From Octopus vulgaris (lineage: Eukaryota), in contig OX597835.1 in assembly GCA_951406725.2 (NCBI GenBank), positions 35,464,001 through 35,528,000 on the forward strand: a stretch of 64,000 bases of DNA, given 5' to 3'. A program made the position numbers and the translations under genes. The notes beneath the pieces were generated by a model. It was not told the origin of the DNA. It saw only the letters and a list, made by a program, of their open reading frames with translations, and made no database searches. Shown here piece after piece: positions 12,212 to 26,548 of this stretch; position 1 is the first letter of the stretch; the number at the start of each line of letters is the position of its first letter.

Positions 12212-12822
12212 TGTGTGTGTGAGAGGGAGTGTGTATGTATATGTTTATGTATATACGTATATGTTTGCGTGTGTATACATGCGCTCACACACACACACGC
12301 ACACACACATACACGTATATACATAGTCAACTGTTCTTTAAACTCTTTTTCCCCGAATTCTTCGATATTGGCACTGGAAGAAGTAAACGATAAGAAAGCA
12401 AAAGATAAAGGAAGAAGAAAAACAAAATAGAAAGACAAAAACACACACACAAAAAAAACACAATATCCCAACAAATTTGGAAATCTCATCCAACGACCTA
12501 CCACACCTTCACCCTAACACAAACTTACCTGAAAATAAGGAAAGAACAACAAAATAACAACACTAACAACTAAAAATAACAATAATAAACAAGGAATCAA
12601 AGAATCGTAAACAATGGTAAATGTTTGGATATTGCTTTACTTAACGTTTCTACATCCGGGTATCAAGTAGAATTTTCTTGTCACATGTCTCTCTCTCTCT
12701 CTCTCTCTGTTTCTCTTTCCCCCTCTCTCTCCTCTTGCTCTCTCCTCTCTCTTTCCTTTTCAACTCCCCTTCACTTATTTTTCTTTCTCTCCCTCTGTCT
12801 GTCTGTAAGTCTCTCTCTCTCT

Positions 12823-12855
<33 letters not shown>

Positions 12856-12945
12856 CCTGTCACTGTCTTTGTCTCTGTCTCGTCCTGCCTCTCATAGTCT
12901 CTCTCTCTGTGTCTGTCTGTCTGTCTCTTTCTGTGTCTAACTTGT

Positions 12946-13001
<56 letters not shown>

Positions 13002-13045
13002 TATATATATGTATATATGTATGTATATGTATATAGTTATATATG

Positions 13046-13086
<41 letters not shown>

Positions 13087-13160
13087 TATTTATATTGATA
13101 TGTATATATATATATATACATATATATACATACATATCTATATCTCTTTCTATATATATG

Positions 13161-13241
<81 letters not shown>

Positions 13242-13357
13242 TACATATATAAATACATATATGTATATATGGATATAAATATGTATGTATATATGTATAT
13301 ATATATATATATACATATCTATATCTCTCTCTATATATGTATTTATATATATATATG

Positions 13358-13408
<51 letters not shown>

Positions 13409-13531
13409 CAGATGTACATGTACACATTTTATAAATATATATCATATATGCAGTCATATTTGTGTATCTGTATGTGCGACTCTCTGATTGTGTTCATAAT
13501 ATTGATAAGAAATGCATTACATACATCCACG

Positions 13532-13614
<83 letters not shown>

Positions 13615-14244
13615 TTGAATGCATCCATTTATCTCTCTCTCTATATATATGCAGATATCGTCTGTCTCTTTCATTTTGTATCTCTCTCCCTTTTCAGATT
13701 CTCTTTCATTATTTCTTTACTGATCCTTTCAATGTTTATTTGCTTATCTAATTAGTTTTTGTTTTTCTTGACACACACACACACATATATATATATACAC
13801 GCGCGCACACACACACACACACACATATATTTAGTTTATTTGTTTATTCAGTTTTCATTTATATCGCTGATTTTTTTTCTTTTGTGTGTTTGTTGTTGTT
13901 GTTATTTTTTTTTAAACGGAAACTCTATACGATGACTCTAATGGAATGCTGTAATTTCAAAAACAGTTGCTAAGCTTTTAGTTGTAATCGCTCCCAGAGA
14001 AAGTTGAGAGATGTAGAAAATGAATTCCGAAAAAGTAATTCCTCACGAAACAGCTAAAATTGTTTCGATTTCAAAACGAAAACAATACACGCGAAAACAT
14101 TGCAAAAAACCTTCACGCAAACTAGAAAACGAAAAGCACCAAAAACTAAGAGCTATAGCGAAAAAAATATATATAACAAATATACACATGCTTCAGAACT
14201 TTTTTATATACACCCAACTATCCATCTCTGCCATCTCTGTTCTA

Positions 14245-14440
<196 letters not shown>

Positions 14441-14739
14441 TTATTTTTGTCTTTAATCCTTTTTATCTTTATGACTAGGTTTATATGCTGGTCGAGTGTT
14501 TAAGTCAAATTCTACGTGGAGTTTTTCCTTTGATATTTCTTTTGCTCCGTCATTTTCTTTTTATTTCTGTGTCAATTCTTTCCGTGGTAATCATTTTTCT
14601 TGGTGTGCTACAGTGGCTAATCAAATTATTTGAATGATGAATGTTCCGTGTTCGAATCTTTTACGGGTAACTCGTACAGAAGTCAGAGTTGAAATATATT
14701 TCTACTTTGTTAATCATGCCTTAAATTCTGATCATTTTC

Positions 14740-15550
14740 AGGCATGATTGTGTGGTTAAGAAGCACGCCATGCACCCACAAGGTTCCGGGTTCAGTCCCA
14801 CTGTGCAGCACCTTGATCAAATATCGTTTTCTGTAGCCCTGAGCCGATCAATGTTGCTGGACCAATCTGATGAACGAAAACTGTGTGTAAGCCCGTCGTA
14901 TATATGCATACGTACATATACGCACATATATGTATATGTGTGTGTGTATCGTGTCTGTGTTTGTTCCACCCACTATCGTTTGCCAACCGGTGTTGGTTTG
15001 TTTGTGTTCTAATAATATAGTAGTTTGGCGACAGAGTCAGGAAAAATAAGCACTAGACATTAAAATGTGGTAAGTAGCTTGCTTACCAACCACATGGTTC
15101 CGGGTTCAGTCCCATTGCGTGGTACCTTGGGCAAGTGTCTTCTACTATAACCTCGGGCCAACCAAAGCCTTGTGAGTAGATTTGGTAGACGGAAACTGAA
15201 AGAAGCCCGTCGTATATATGTATATATATATATATATATATGCGTGTGTGTGTTTGTGTGTCTGTGTTTGTCCCCCTAGTATTGCTTGACAACCGATGCT
15301 GGTGCGTTTATGTCCCCGTCACTTAGCGGTTCGGCAAAAGAGACCGATAGAATAAGTATTGGGCTTACAATGAATAAGTCCCGGGGTCGAGTTGCTCGAT
15401 TAAAGGCGGTGCTCCAGCATGGCCGCAGTCAAATGACTGAAACAAGTAAAAGAAAGATAAAAGAAAGGTTGATTTATTCGACTGAAAACTTCTCAAAGCG
15501 GTGCTCCAGCTTTGCCGCTGTCCATTGACTAAAACAAATAAAAGATAAAA
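14740..15550 (+). mobile_element. Young SINE family B (15064-15465) nested in an older family B-like copy
   Basis: Diverged head at 14741, a clean copy from 15064, then the older tail resumes at 15466-15550. Confidence 0.8.
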
Positions 15551-15819
15551 GTGATATCTACAGTTGGCTATAAAGTAAATCTATTTCCACTGAGTTTCGA
15601 TGAATGGAAGCAGTTATATTTTCTTTCTTTTCCTCTAGAGGGCAATGCTTACTTCTTATTTGCGTTTCATCAGATGCAGAAGTATTATCTGATATCCTAT
15701 CATTGTCATTGCTTAGTCATTGAAAGAAAAGCAGCTCTTATAACACTTTCATTTTTTCCTAGTTTCGAGACATTATCATGAATCCAGACTCCTCACCTGA
15801 ATTCTTGCAATAGAGGCAA

Positions 15820-15950
15820 TCCTGCTAGAGGCTCCCAATGTCCTCGCCATAGAAATGGGTTCGAGAGGGTTTGTGAGAAAATAATGGCAGAAGAAGCCGA
15901 GATTTCCAGCTAGATCTGGTCAAGGAGGAAAAGAGGTGAGCCTCGGAATT
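15820..15950 (+). pseudogene. Hero/NeSL-type RLE LINE C-terminal fragment
   Basis: LAIEMGSRGFV...IMAEEAEISS*IWSRR resembles VEVGCRGF...AE.AS.WIW.KR, with an internal deletion. Confidence 0.55.
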
Positions 15951-15977
15951 TTCACAAGTTGTTCACAAGGAAAGCAT

Positions 15978-16312
15978 CGAGCTGGCAGAATCGTAGGCAC
16001 GCCAGCCAAAATGCTTAGCGGTATTTCGTCTGCCGTTACGTTGTGAGTTCAAATTCCGCCGAGGTCGACTTTGCCTTTCATCCTTTCAGGGTCGATTAAA
16101 TAAGTACCAGTTAAGCACTGGGGTCGATGTAATCGACATAATCCCTTTGTCTGTCCTTGTTTGTCCTCTCTGTATTTAGCCTCTTGTGGGTAGTAAAGAA
16201 ATAGGTATTTCGTCTGCCGTTACGTTCTGAGTTCAAATTCCGCCGAGGTGACTTTGACTTTTATCCTTTTGGGGTATTTAAATTCAGTACCAGTTGAGCA
16301 CTGGGGGGTCGA
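15978..16312 (+). mobile_element. SINE family C, 1.5-mer
   Basis: Full copy ending AAAGAAATA (about 16203), immediately followed by a restart at GGTATTTCGTCTGCCGTTAC. Confidence 0.88.
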
Positions 16313-16996
16313 TGAGAGAGACAGACAGACACAGAGAGAGACTAAGAGAGGCGGGTTGAGACAGAGTGACAGTGACAAAGACGGAGACACAGAGAGAGAG
16401 AGAGAGAGAGAGAGGGGGAGAGGGAGAGACAGAGACAGAGGGAGAGAAAGAAAAATAAGTCGAGAGTTGAAACGGAAAGAGAGAGGGGAGAGAGAGAGGA
16501 GCGATTACAACACACAAGGTGCTTTGACTTCGAGGCATTCTAACAACCCAGAAGGGCTAAAATGCGGACAATAGCGCAATGTGGCAGCAGAGTGATGTCC
16601 TGGAGTCATCGTCTGGATGTGGCCTGGACCCCTTATGGTGTACGGAGTTAAGGGCCGAAGGCTTGCATGAGATGGGGATAAGGTTTCAGCTCTTCCTACA
16701 GTTATTTTCTATTTAGCTACTATTAGGTGATGGGCGTCATCTATGACACAAGAAATGAGGATGCTCTAAGCCCTCGGCCAATCCGCTGTCATGGGCTGGT
16801 ACTTTATTTTACTAAAAGAGACAAATGTGAAGCTGACTCAGGTGGGGTTTGAACTTAGAGCGCAATGAATCGGAACGAATATCGTGAAACATGCTTATTT
16901 CAAGACACTCTGCCCGACCTTCTTTTAACAAATGTCAATAATTAGATTCATGGCTGATTAAGCATTAATGTTATTATTATTGTTCACAAGGAAAGC

Positions 16997-17092
16997 GTCG
17001 AACTGGCTGAATCGTTAGCACGCCGGGCGAAATGCTTAGCTGTATTTCGTCTGCCGTTACGTTCTGAGTTCAAATTCCGCCGTTGTCGATGT
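16997..17092 (+). mobile_element. SINE family C head fragment
   Basis: GAATCGTTAGCACGCCGGGCGAAATGCTTAGC...GAGTTCAAATTCCGCCG. Confidence 0.85.
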
Positions 17093-17099
17093 TATTTGT

Positions 17100-17590
17100 A
17101 AGTTTTAACTGCTGCTCCAGAGATTTGCAGATGCTCATGATATGGCTTTGAGCCGTTGGTGATCACCTTTTTACACATAAACCTGTCATGGGTAAGATCC
17201 ACCGATGAGTTCGGATGATTTCTCAGTCTTTTGAGGTTTTGTTCTCTCCATCTTTGAATCTTTTATGGGATGCGTTAATATCGCACCTTCCATTTGCAAG
17301 CCTGAATAAGGAAAAAAAAAACTGGCTTTGGTATTCTACGGTCAGGCATTCGGATAATATGGCCAGCCCAACTCAGCTAGACTTTGTTTAGCAAACAAAC
17401 TGGGAGAATAGTTATGTCTGTGAGTCTTAGTATTGGGAATTTGATTCTGCTAGTTAATGTTGAAAATCTTCCTTAGACACAAGGAAGATATTAATTATTT
17501 GAAAATAGGATTGATCCTCTGTCCAAGTTTTCATACGACAGAGGAAAGCTGGGAGTTTGACAGCATGGTTAATTTTGATTTTACTAACAA
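17100..17590 (-). pseudogene. RTE-clade LINE ORF C-terminal fragment
   Basis: Minus strand CLRKIFNIN..NQIPN... and AGHIIRMPDRRIPK match RTE 'LRWAGHVVRMPD.RIPK'. Frameshifted. Confidence 0.7.
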
Positions 17591-17614
17591 TATCCAGCAC
17601 TCCTTCGTTGCAAC

Positions 17615-17950
17615 AATGAGAGTTCCAGTTGATCCAATCGATGGAATAGCCCGCTCATGAAATTAACGTAAAGTGGTTGAGCAGCACTCCACAGAAACGT
17701 GTACCCTTAAAGTTAGTTCTCAGGGACATTCAGCGTGACACATCGAATGTGACAAAGGCTGCTGGACTTTTGAAATACAGGTACTACTCGTATTTAGTAC
17801 CTCATTACAGGTACTAGACAACACCTCATTAGTAGTACCTCATTGCAGTACCTCATTACAGGAACTACACAACACACCGCAGGGTATCGAACTCACGACC
17901 TTACGACCCTGAACCAATCACCCTAACCGCTAAGCCATGCGCCTTCACAT
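17615..17950 (-). mobile_element. tRNA-headed SINE (family D; body shared with 4000-4115 and 62925-63283)
   Basis: Minus head GAAGGCGCATGGCTTAGCGGTTAGGGTG...GAGTTCGATACC; body GTACCTGTATTTCAAA...TTAAGGGTACACG. Confidence 0.8.
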
Positions 17951-18079
17951 TGGTATCAATATAAATACCTGGGATAAGCCACACTCTATGTCACAATTTT
18001 GTAAAAGCCCTACTCGCCTTTGGGCCCCATAAAACAATAGAGAAAAAGCAAAATTCAATCGTTTCCAGCTTACTAAAGG

Positions 18080-18644
18080 TAGGCGCAGGAGTGGCTGTGT
18101 GATAAAGTAGCTTGCTTACAAACCACGTGGTTCTGGGTTCAATCCAACTGCGTGGCACCTTGGGCAAATGTCTTCTTCTATAGCCTCGGGCCGACCAAAG
18201 CCTCGTGAGTGGATTTGGTAGACAGAAACTGAAAGAAGCCCGTCGTATATATATATATATATATATCTATATATAAACGGCAGTTTGTCTGTGCGTTTTC
18301 TGTGTGTCTGTTTTCTCGTACCCTCACTCTGACCACGGCTTTCAACCGATTCTGATGAAACTTGACACACACATAGCCCAATGTCATAATTCAAAACTAA
18401 CGCAGCGAAAATTTTGAAAAGTTCCCCCAGTTCTGAAAAAAATCGATAAATTCCACATGGGGTCGAGAATCAGAAACCCAAACCACAGACCGTCTAGGGG
18501 ACGCAACTCCACCTTTTTTAACTCTCAAAAAAAATTTACCATCATTTTTTTTCCATTTTTTTTCTATTTTTTGGCTGTAACTCTCTAAAAATGCTTTATA
18601 GTTATTTCCCTTACAAACCTGAGCAACGCCGGGCGATACTGCTA

Positions 18645-18711
<67 letters not shown>

Positions 18712-18955
18712 TGTGTGTAAGTGTGTGTGTGTATGTTTCTGTATATGTGTTTGCCCCGCCAACATCGCTTGACAACCAATGCTGGTGTGTTTACGTCCTC
18801 GTAACTTAGCGGTTCGGCAAAAGAGAACGATAGAATAAGTACTAGGCTTACAAAGAATAAGTCCTGGGGACGATTTGCTCGAATAAAGGCGGTGCTCCAG
18901 CATGGCCGCAGTCAAATGACTGAAACAAGTAAAAGAGTAAAAGAGTAAAGAGAGA
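18080..18955 (+). mobile_element. SINE family B interrupted by a Helitron in its internal (TA)n
   Basis: Head at 18080 and (AAGAGTAA)n tail near 18950; the two halves flank 18266-18645. Confidence 0.9.
18266..18645 (+). mobile_element. Non-autonomous Helitron
   Basis: 5' TC(TATATATAAA); 3' GC-rich hairpin CCTGAGCAACGCCGGG about 10 nt before CTAG; inserted at A|T without a TSD. Confidence 0.85.
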
Positions 18956-18974
18956 TTGAAGAGTTACTAAAGGT

Positions 18975-19250
18975 AAAGCAGGGTGAGTACGCATTCCGAG
19001 AAAACGGGGATCAATTGAATCGACAGCAATCACTACATAGAAGTGTTTGGTAAAATCATTTCCTGTTAGATGTGTAGAATTCAATGTTTCGAGCTGGGAC
19101 ACTTCGTCTGTGGATATGAAAGACAGTAAAAATGTTATTATCACGTCTTTAAGCACCAATTTCGTCGCTGTTTCTCCTTCTTTAAAGTACAGTAGAGTGA
19201 AAGGTCTAATTTTTCACATCTTACTGAATTTAAACGTAGCAAAGTATTCT
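18975..19250 (-). pseudogene. Possible DIRS-type tyrosine recombinase fragment
   Basis: TATKLVLKDVIITFLLSFISTDEVSQLETL...IDPRFLGMRTHP resembles LTLKTVFLLALASARRVSELQAL...P.FLAK. The catalytic Arg is not retained. Confidence 0.4.
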
Positions 19251-19525
19251 AGGAAGTTCTTGTTAATCCTATTGTTAATCTGAATTAGTCTTGTAACCAT
19301 GGTTACGATCTGCAGATTTAGTAACCATGGAAACTGATTGGAAAGAATTCTAGAAATAATCATTCCTAGTGGAAGCGTAAAAAAATGTAAATAAGAAAAT
19401 GTGATGCAAGAATGGTAAGAAACAATGATATTAAATAGAAAATGTCTTTAGAATTTAATAATACATATATAGCTCTATAGCTATATATACATATAGACAG
19501 TCATACATAAATACATACATATATG

Positions 19526-19623
<98 letters not shown>

Positions 19624-20692
19624 AGAGAACAGAGCACTCAGCTCATTTGGTCTGGAGTTAAATATATTATTTAATAACAGTTTGGTTCGACTCCATGTGA
19701 CTTAAAGTTTTAGTAGGCTCCTGGAACGAACCTAACTCGGCTGGCTTCTAGAGAGTATAACAGTGTATGAAACAAATTGAAGATGGCTTATAAATGTTAG
19801 GTCTATATTTGTCAACTCAGGTCACATGGTGTCTTCTTTGTTCTTAGGCCCGGGTGTATAGCTGTCAGGAGGCTGCGGTATGTTTTATTTAGCGATATCA
19901 GATCGCTGTATTGGCAGGGCAGGTTAGTGGGGAACTAAAATTTAACGGTCTCGTATCCTTTTACTCTGTCTACATGCCTGACGAATTCGGTTCGCTCTAC
20001 GTGTCTACAAAACTTCAAATTAAATATTACATTAATCTGTGTGTCTGTGTGCATTCTTATGTGTGAATGATAGCCTTTCCCCTTTGATTTTGACGTATGA
20101 TCACGCGGTTGTGCAACCCTCTGAACAAATTTCTAGTTGGTTAGTGCACCAACTGATGATTGTCTAATGCTTGTGAAACCTTAACGTATTTATCATCAGT
20201 AAATGTTTATGTTAGTAATTTGTATATATTTACATCTGATATAACCTCTAATTACAAAGACATAATTACTAAAAACATCGAGTGAAAACTCCGAGCTGCA
20301 GAAGGTGGCAATTTCTGGAGAAATTTATTTTGGGTTACGGAAATAAAATTTATACTTTAATCCTTATAACCATTTTTTTCATTCAGAGGATGGGCTCGGA
20401 ACGACATGAATCTTAATGGACTAATTGAGGTAGAAAAAGTATTGTCTTCAAATAAGGAATGAAAACTAATTAGAAAACAGGAAAAATTCTTCACTTGAAA
20501 AGAAACATCATGAAAGGAAACAATGGCGTCCGTATCATAAGTGTGCAGAAAAGCTATTCTCTATTCATATACACACACGCCGACGCGCGCGCACACGTAC
20601 TATTCACACGTACGCACGCGTCATGCTCACACATGCCCATATCATGTGCACACATGTATAGATCCTTGCTACATATATGTATTTACATTTGA

Positions 20693-20735
<43 letters not shown>

Positions 20736-20766
20736 CACAGATCGTGAGCTGAAACTAGATGAAATG

Positions 20767-20804
<38 letters not shown>

Positions 20805-21107
20805 ATGTGTATATATGTACACCCACATATACACACGTGCACACACGCAAACACACACGTATGTGTCTACTCAGTTCCACATTTCAAAGTTTCATACACA
20901 TACATGTAACGCCCACATCTTCAGATGAACGAACCATGACGCTGTACATCTGAAGACGAAGGCTTCTACTGTCAGTAAAAATTCAATAATGGAATAGTAG
21001 CGGGGGTTTGGTAGGGAGCGCTGACTCAACATTTTAATAAAAATAATTACAACCTCAACGATATACGCCGAGGATTCATTTCTTTTGTTTCTTCATCTAA
21101 CTACTCC

Positions 21108-21164
<57 letters not shown>

Positions 21165-21561
21165 AACACGCTAAATTTTCTATAAGAAACGAACCCCAAA
21201 AGAGATCTAAAACGTATGATAATGGTATATAGTAACAATAAGAATGTGAAAGGGAATTTAAAGAATGCGTTCGAGTTTTTCTTGTTTTAAATATTGTCTC
21301 CGAATTAAGTTCCATTTATTTTTGTAATATTTTAACATTTGTTCATTATTTAAGCCTATTCAACAGAAATTAGTATTTTCTATTGAAACACAAAAATCCA
21401 TTATCACCTCCTCGTTTATATATATATTTTTTCTCATTAAGCGAAATGAATAACGAGCAAGCCTACACATACGTACACACAGTTATATAGACAAAAAGAT
21501 ATACATACGTACACACACATCTATCTATATATGTCCGTATGCATGTATGTATATGTGTGTG

Positions 21562-21608
<47 letters not shown>

Positions 21609-22221
21609 TTGCATACATAACTATATATATATGTGATAACATATATACATATATCCGTGTGTGTGTGTATATATGTATATGCGTATATGCATATATATAT
21701 TGTAGATTTATATATACATATATCCGTGTGTGTGTGTGTATATATGTATATGCGTATATGCACATATATATATTGTAGATTTATATATACATATGCACAT
21801 ACACATATGATGTAGATCTATATCTGCATTCAGCAATAGATATGTTGCAGTTTTATCTAGCTTATTCTCTCTGCTTCTGACTAGATGAATGCATAGATAT
21901 ATATATGTTTGTATGTATGAAGGTAAGTATCTGCAGATATATGCTTCTACCTATGGATGTATATGTTTGCACCAATACATACTCACTTACCCACGTACAC
22001 GCATATATGTACCACATAGAATTATATATACATGCATGATAATGATAACGAACTGAAAATAGAGTACTCAATACTAGACTTAAAGTATAAATAATTTAAT
22101 TCAATCCGGTAAAGCCATTAGGCTTCATGTGATTGAATTAAATTATATTTTATATATAAGTAAGTATGTATATACGTATCTAAATACGTTAGTGTGTGTA
22201 TGCATACATATAAATATATAC

Positions 22222-22260
<39 letters not shown>

Positions 22261-22407
22261 GTTCGTTTATCATGTATCAGTATGTATGTGTAGGTTACGT
22301 AGGTCCATGCATGCGTGTGTGGGTGTGTGTGTTGCGATGACGTGTGTGTGTGTTTGTGTGGAATTGTGTGTGATTACATACAAAATATAGACATATATGT
22401 AAATGCA

Positions 22408-22466
<59 letters not shown>

Positions 22467-22689
22467 GTTACACCTCCGTTCTTTCCATGCTCTTGCTTCT
22501 ACACACACGCCCGAAACACATTTATATACATACACTTATGTTTGTATATATATATTTGTATACATAATATATATATATACATATGTACACACATATACTC
22601 GGACGCCTATATAATTAAACATGTATATGTATACTTATATACATATACACACGTATACATACGTATATACCTATATATAAGTATAGGTA

Positions 22690-22730
<41 letters not shown>

Positions 22731-22969
22731 GTATATATATATACATACATATATATGTATATGGGAATTACACATATATAGCTACATATACATATATACA
22801 CACACACATTTATATATATATGTATATATATACACATACATATATATATATATATATACATATACGCACATACATATATACTTACGTATATACATACATA
22901 TATACATACATATATGTATATATGTATATACATATATGTATGTATATATATTTATTATATATATATATC

Positions 22970-23006
<37 letters not shown>

Positions 23007-23911
23007 TTATATGTATGTATATAATTCACTTAAATTTAAGAATTCTTCAGAATGATCCAATTAGCAAACAACTATAAATGTTAATCATTTGTTCATCTCG
23101 CTTTATCTGGAATAATGACTTCTGCTGTTGTTCATTTTCATTTCGCTGTCATTTCCATTGTATTTTCGTTCTACTTATTCTCTCCCATCTATTATGTGCT
23201 TCTGAAGCCAATTTCAAGAGATAATTCCTTGTAAGTATTTAGTATTATTACCATTAAAATGCCATTAACATTTCGAAATTAAAAATTCAAACACAAGCTA
23301 AGTTTCTCTGCTGAAACCTTACAACTTTTGAAGTGTTAGTGTTGTAGCTATGGATACCGCTAACGACTTGACTGTTGTTCGTATATTTGTATATATATGT
23401 CAGTATAAATGAACTGATCTTTATCTTTCTTGCTATTGTGTATATGTGTGTCCGTGTGTCACACACATATATATATATATATATATACAGACATAATTAT
23501 TTATATATATAAAACGATATATATATATATATGCTTATATATATATGTACAAATATACACATATATATGTATATAATTAACTCTCATTATACTTAAATGC
23601 AAACCTTATACGTATTCACAAACGATAGTATTTAAGTATTTACATACACAGTAACTAACTCATTTACACACATACAACCTCACACACACATATGCATCTA
23701 TACGCGTGATTCCGCTATATTGCATAGGCTTAGCGTTTGGTGGAAGTTTGTATGCAATTAAACGAATTCACGTTACACATGATAAATTAGGCTGATTACA
23801 CTATTAATTTTAGTATTAATATTATTTTGATTAATTCGTATGCATGTAGGTATTAAACAGTAACAATAAAATACATCATTGTTCATACACATGTTAGTGT
23901 TTATACATACA

Positions 23912-23996
<85 letters not shown>

Positions 23997-24305
23997 GTGG
24001 AGGCGCAATGGCCCAGTGGTTAGGGCAGCGGACTCGCGGTCGTAGGATCGCGGTTTCAATTCCCAGACCGGGCCTTGTAAGTGTTTATTGAGCAAAAACA
24101 CCTAAAGCTCCACGAGGCTCCGGCAGGGGGTGGGGGATTGATCCCTGCGGTACTCTTCCACCACTCTTTCTCTCACTCTTTCTTCTGTTGGCCTGCTCGC
24201 TTAGCCTGCGGGGTGGCGTCATTCGAAGGCTAAAACAATGCGAACGCATTGTGACCAGCGATGTGTAACAACATCTGATGGTCTGGTCGGTCACGAAAGT
24301 CACGA
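23997..24305 (+). mobile_element. SINE family A, tail type 1
   Basis: Clean head and tail, inserted after (TG)n. Confidence 0.92.
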
Positions 24306-24347
24306 AATATATATATATATGTATATGTGTGTCCGTGTGTCACACAC

Positions 24348-24387
<40 letters not shown>

Positions 24388-24611
24388 GGACATAATTATT
24401 TATATATATAAAACGATATATATATATATATGCTTATCTATATGTACAAATATACACACATATATGTATATAATTAACTCTCATTATACATACATACATA
24501 GACAAAGACATGCACACACATATTTGAATATATATATATATGTAGCCTTGGAGTTGAAATATATAAAAAAATTCGAGACAATACATACATACGTACATAC
24601 ATACTACATAC

Positions 24612-24671
<60 letters not shown>

Positions 24672-24689
24672 ATGTATGTATATATATAT

Positions 24690-24905
24690 ACTCTTTTACT
24701 CTTTTGCTTGTTTCAGTCATTTGACTGTGGCCATGCTGGTGCACCGCCTTTAGTCCAGCAAATCGACCCCAGGACTTATTCTTTGTAAGCATAGTAATTA
24801 TTCGATCGGATCCTTTTGCCGAACCGCTAAGTTATGGGGACATAAACACACCAGCATTGGTTGTCAAGCGATGTTGGGGGGGGGGGGGGGCAAACACAAA
24901 CACAC
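24690..24905 (-). mobile_element. 3' half of SINE family B
   Basis: CTCTTTTACTCTTTTGCTTGTTTCAGTCATTTGACTG on the plus strand. Confidence 0.85.
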
Positions 24906-25371
24906 AAACACATACACACACACATATATCTATCTATGTATCTTTATATATATATATATTTACAAACAAGTACACATACATAAATATACATATATATATC
25001 CATACATGTGTGTGTGTGTGTGTATATAACGGAATAAAGGTTATAAACAATTAATCGACGTGTGCCAAGCCAGTTTATAACATACTTATTCTTAGATACT
25101 AGCGCCTGTTCCAAGCATCTTTCTTAAACCATCTTCCCAACTGATTGGAGGTCTTCCGAGTGGTGTCTTCCGCTCGTGCGTGTACTCCTCAACAGCTACG
25201 CGTGTCCACCAATTGTCTGCGAGCTTTACGACATGAATGGCCCATTGTAGCTTTGCGTGGTGATATTCTGTGGTGACGTACTTCACTCCAGTTCTATCCC
25301 AGAATTCCTCGTTCCGGATATGATCTCTTAACGAGATTCCCGACATCGAACTTTCCATGGCTCTCTGCACC

Positions 25372-25602
25372 CATTTCTTTACTGCCCACAAGGAGATAAA
25401 CACAGAAGGGACAAACAAGGACAGACAAACGGATTAAGTCGATCACATCGACTCCAGTGCGTAACTGGTACTTATTTAATCGACCCCGAAAGGATGAAAG
25501 GCAAAGTCAACCTCGGCGGAATTTGAACTCAGAACGTAGCGGCAGACGAAATACCTCTAAGCATTTTGCCCGGCGTGCTAACGATTCTGCCAGTTCGCCA
25601 CT
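25372..25602 (-). mobile_element. SINE family C with 15-bp TSD
   Basis: TSD ATGGCTCTCTG(C/T)ACC at 25357-25371 and 25603-25617. Confidence 0.92.
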
Positions 25603-26316
25603 ATGGCTCTCTGTACCTCTGCTTATATAACATACTGAAAAGAAATAATAATTTACATAAAAGAACCTATATATAGCAGACAAGCATTGTGTGGAACATG
25701 AAGAGTTACAGTTCCGATGTAGATAGATACATTCGAAGATATGGCACAAACGTAGTCCATAGTTTTCCTGAGGCATGGTTTGGTAAGTAGATCAATGGCG
25801 TCTCAGGTAAGCATTTGCTCTAATGGAAAATTGATGTACAGGTTATCCTTTACAGCTGTTTCTAGAATTGTTGTGCTATAGGTACAGATCTCTGCATTTT
25901 ACCCTCTCCACTGAAATTCACTGGCAACCTTTTTTTATCGTTAGAAGGATGATCTACCTTATCCCGGAGTATTCCTTGCAAATTCGAATAGAGAGTTGCA
26001 TTTAGAGTGTCGATGGTTTGTCTTCTTTCTTGGTGCCGTTTGATATTATGGCGTCTCTTTCTTAGCTGTATTTCGAAATAACGTTGAAAAAGGCAGGGCT
26101 AGTTAAGGTGAAAATAGGTGTGTCGCAATGTTGTGTGATGGCAACTCGAATTATTTAGGGGACTTATAACTCTGAAGCCAAGCCTTGAGTGTCTTGTGAA
26201 GTTGATACCGACTTCGCTTGAACAGTGTTGATGGACTATATTCTACAATGTACAAATTATGTAGTACACACGGTGGCGTGATGAGGGAGAAGAGTGGATC
26301 TATTTGAGGCGATGCA

Positions 26317-26548
26317 AGGCAGCAAGCTGGCAGAAACGTTAGCACGCCGGGCGAAATGCGTAGCCGTATTTCGTCTGTCGTTACGTTCCGAGTTCAAATT
26401 CCGCCGAGGTCGACTTTGCCTTTCATCCTTTCGGGGTCGATAAATTAAGTACCAGCTACGCACTGGGGTTGATATAATCGACTTAATCCGTTTGTCTTTC
26501 CTTGTTTGTTCCCTCTGTGTTTAGCCCCTTGTGGGTAGTAAAGAAATA
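26317..26548 (+). mobile_element. SINE family C with 16-bp TSD
   Basis: TSD TATTTGAGGCGATGCA at 26301-26316 and 26549-26564. Confidence 0.93.

Noticed and set aside
20150-20185. CTGATGA...GAAAC hammerhead-like string
   Set aside because: Helix II does not pair and no helix I is evident.
23997-24075. tRNA-Arg-like sequence (also 3807, 5208, 34729, 57440)
   Set aside because: No acceptor-stem closure, and it continues into a repeated body and tail, often with TSDs. These are SINE heads, not tRNA genes.
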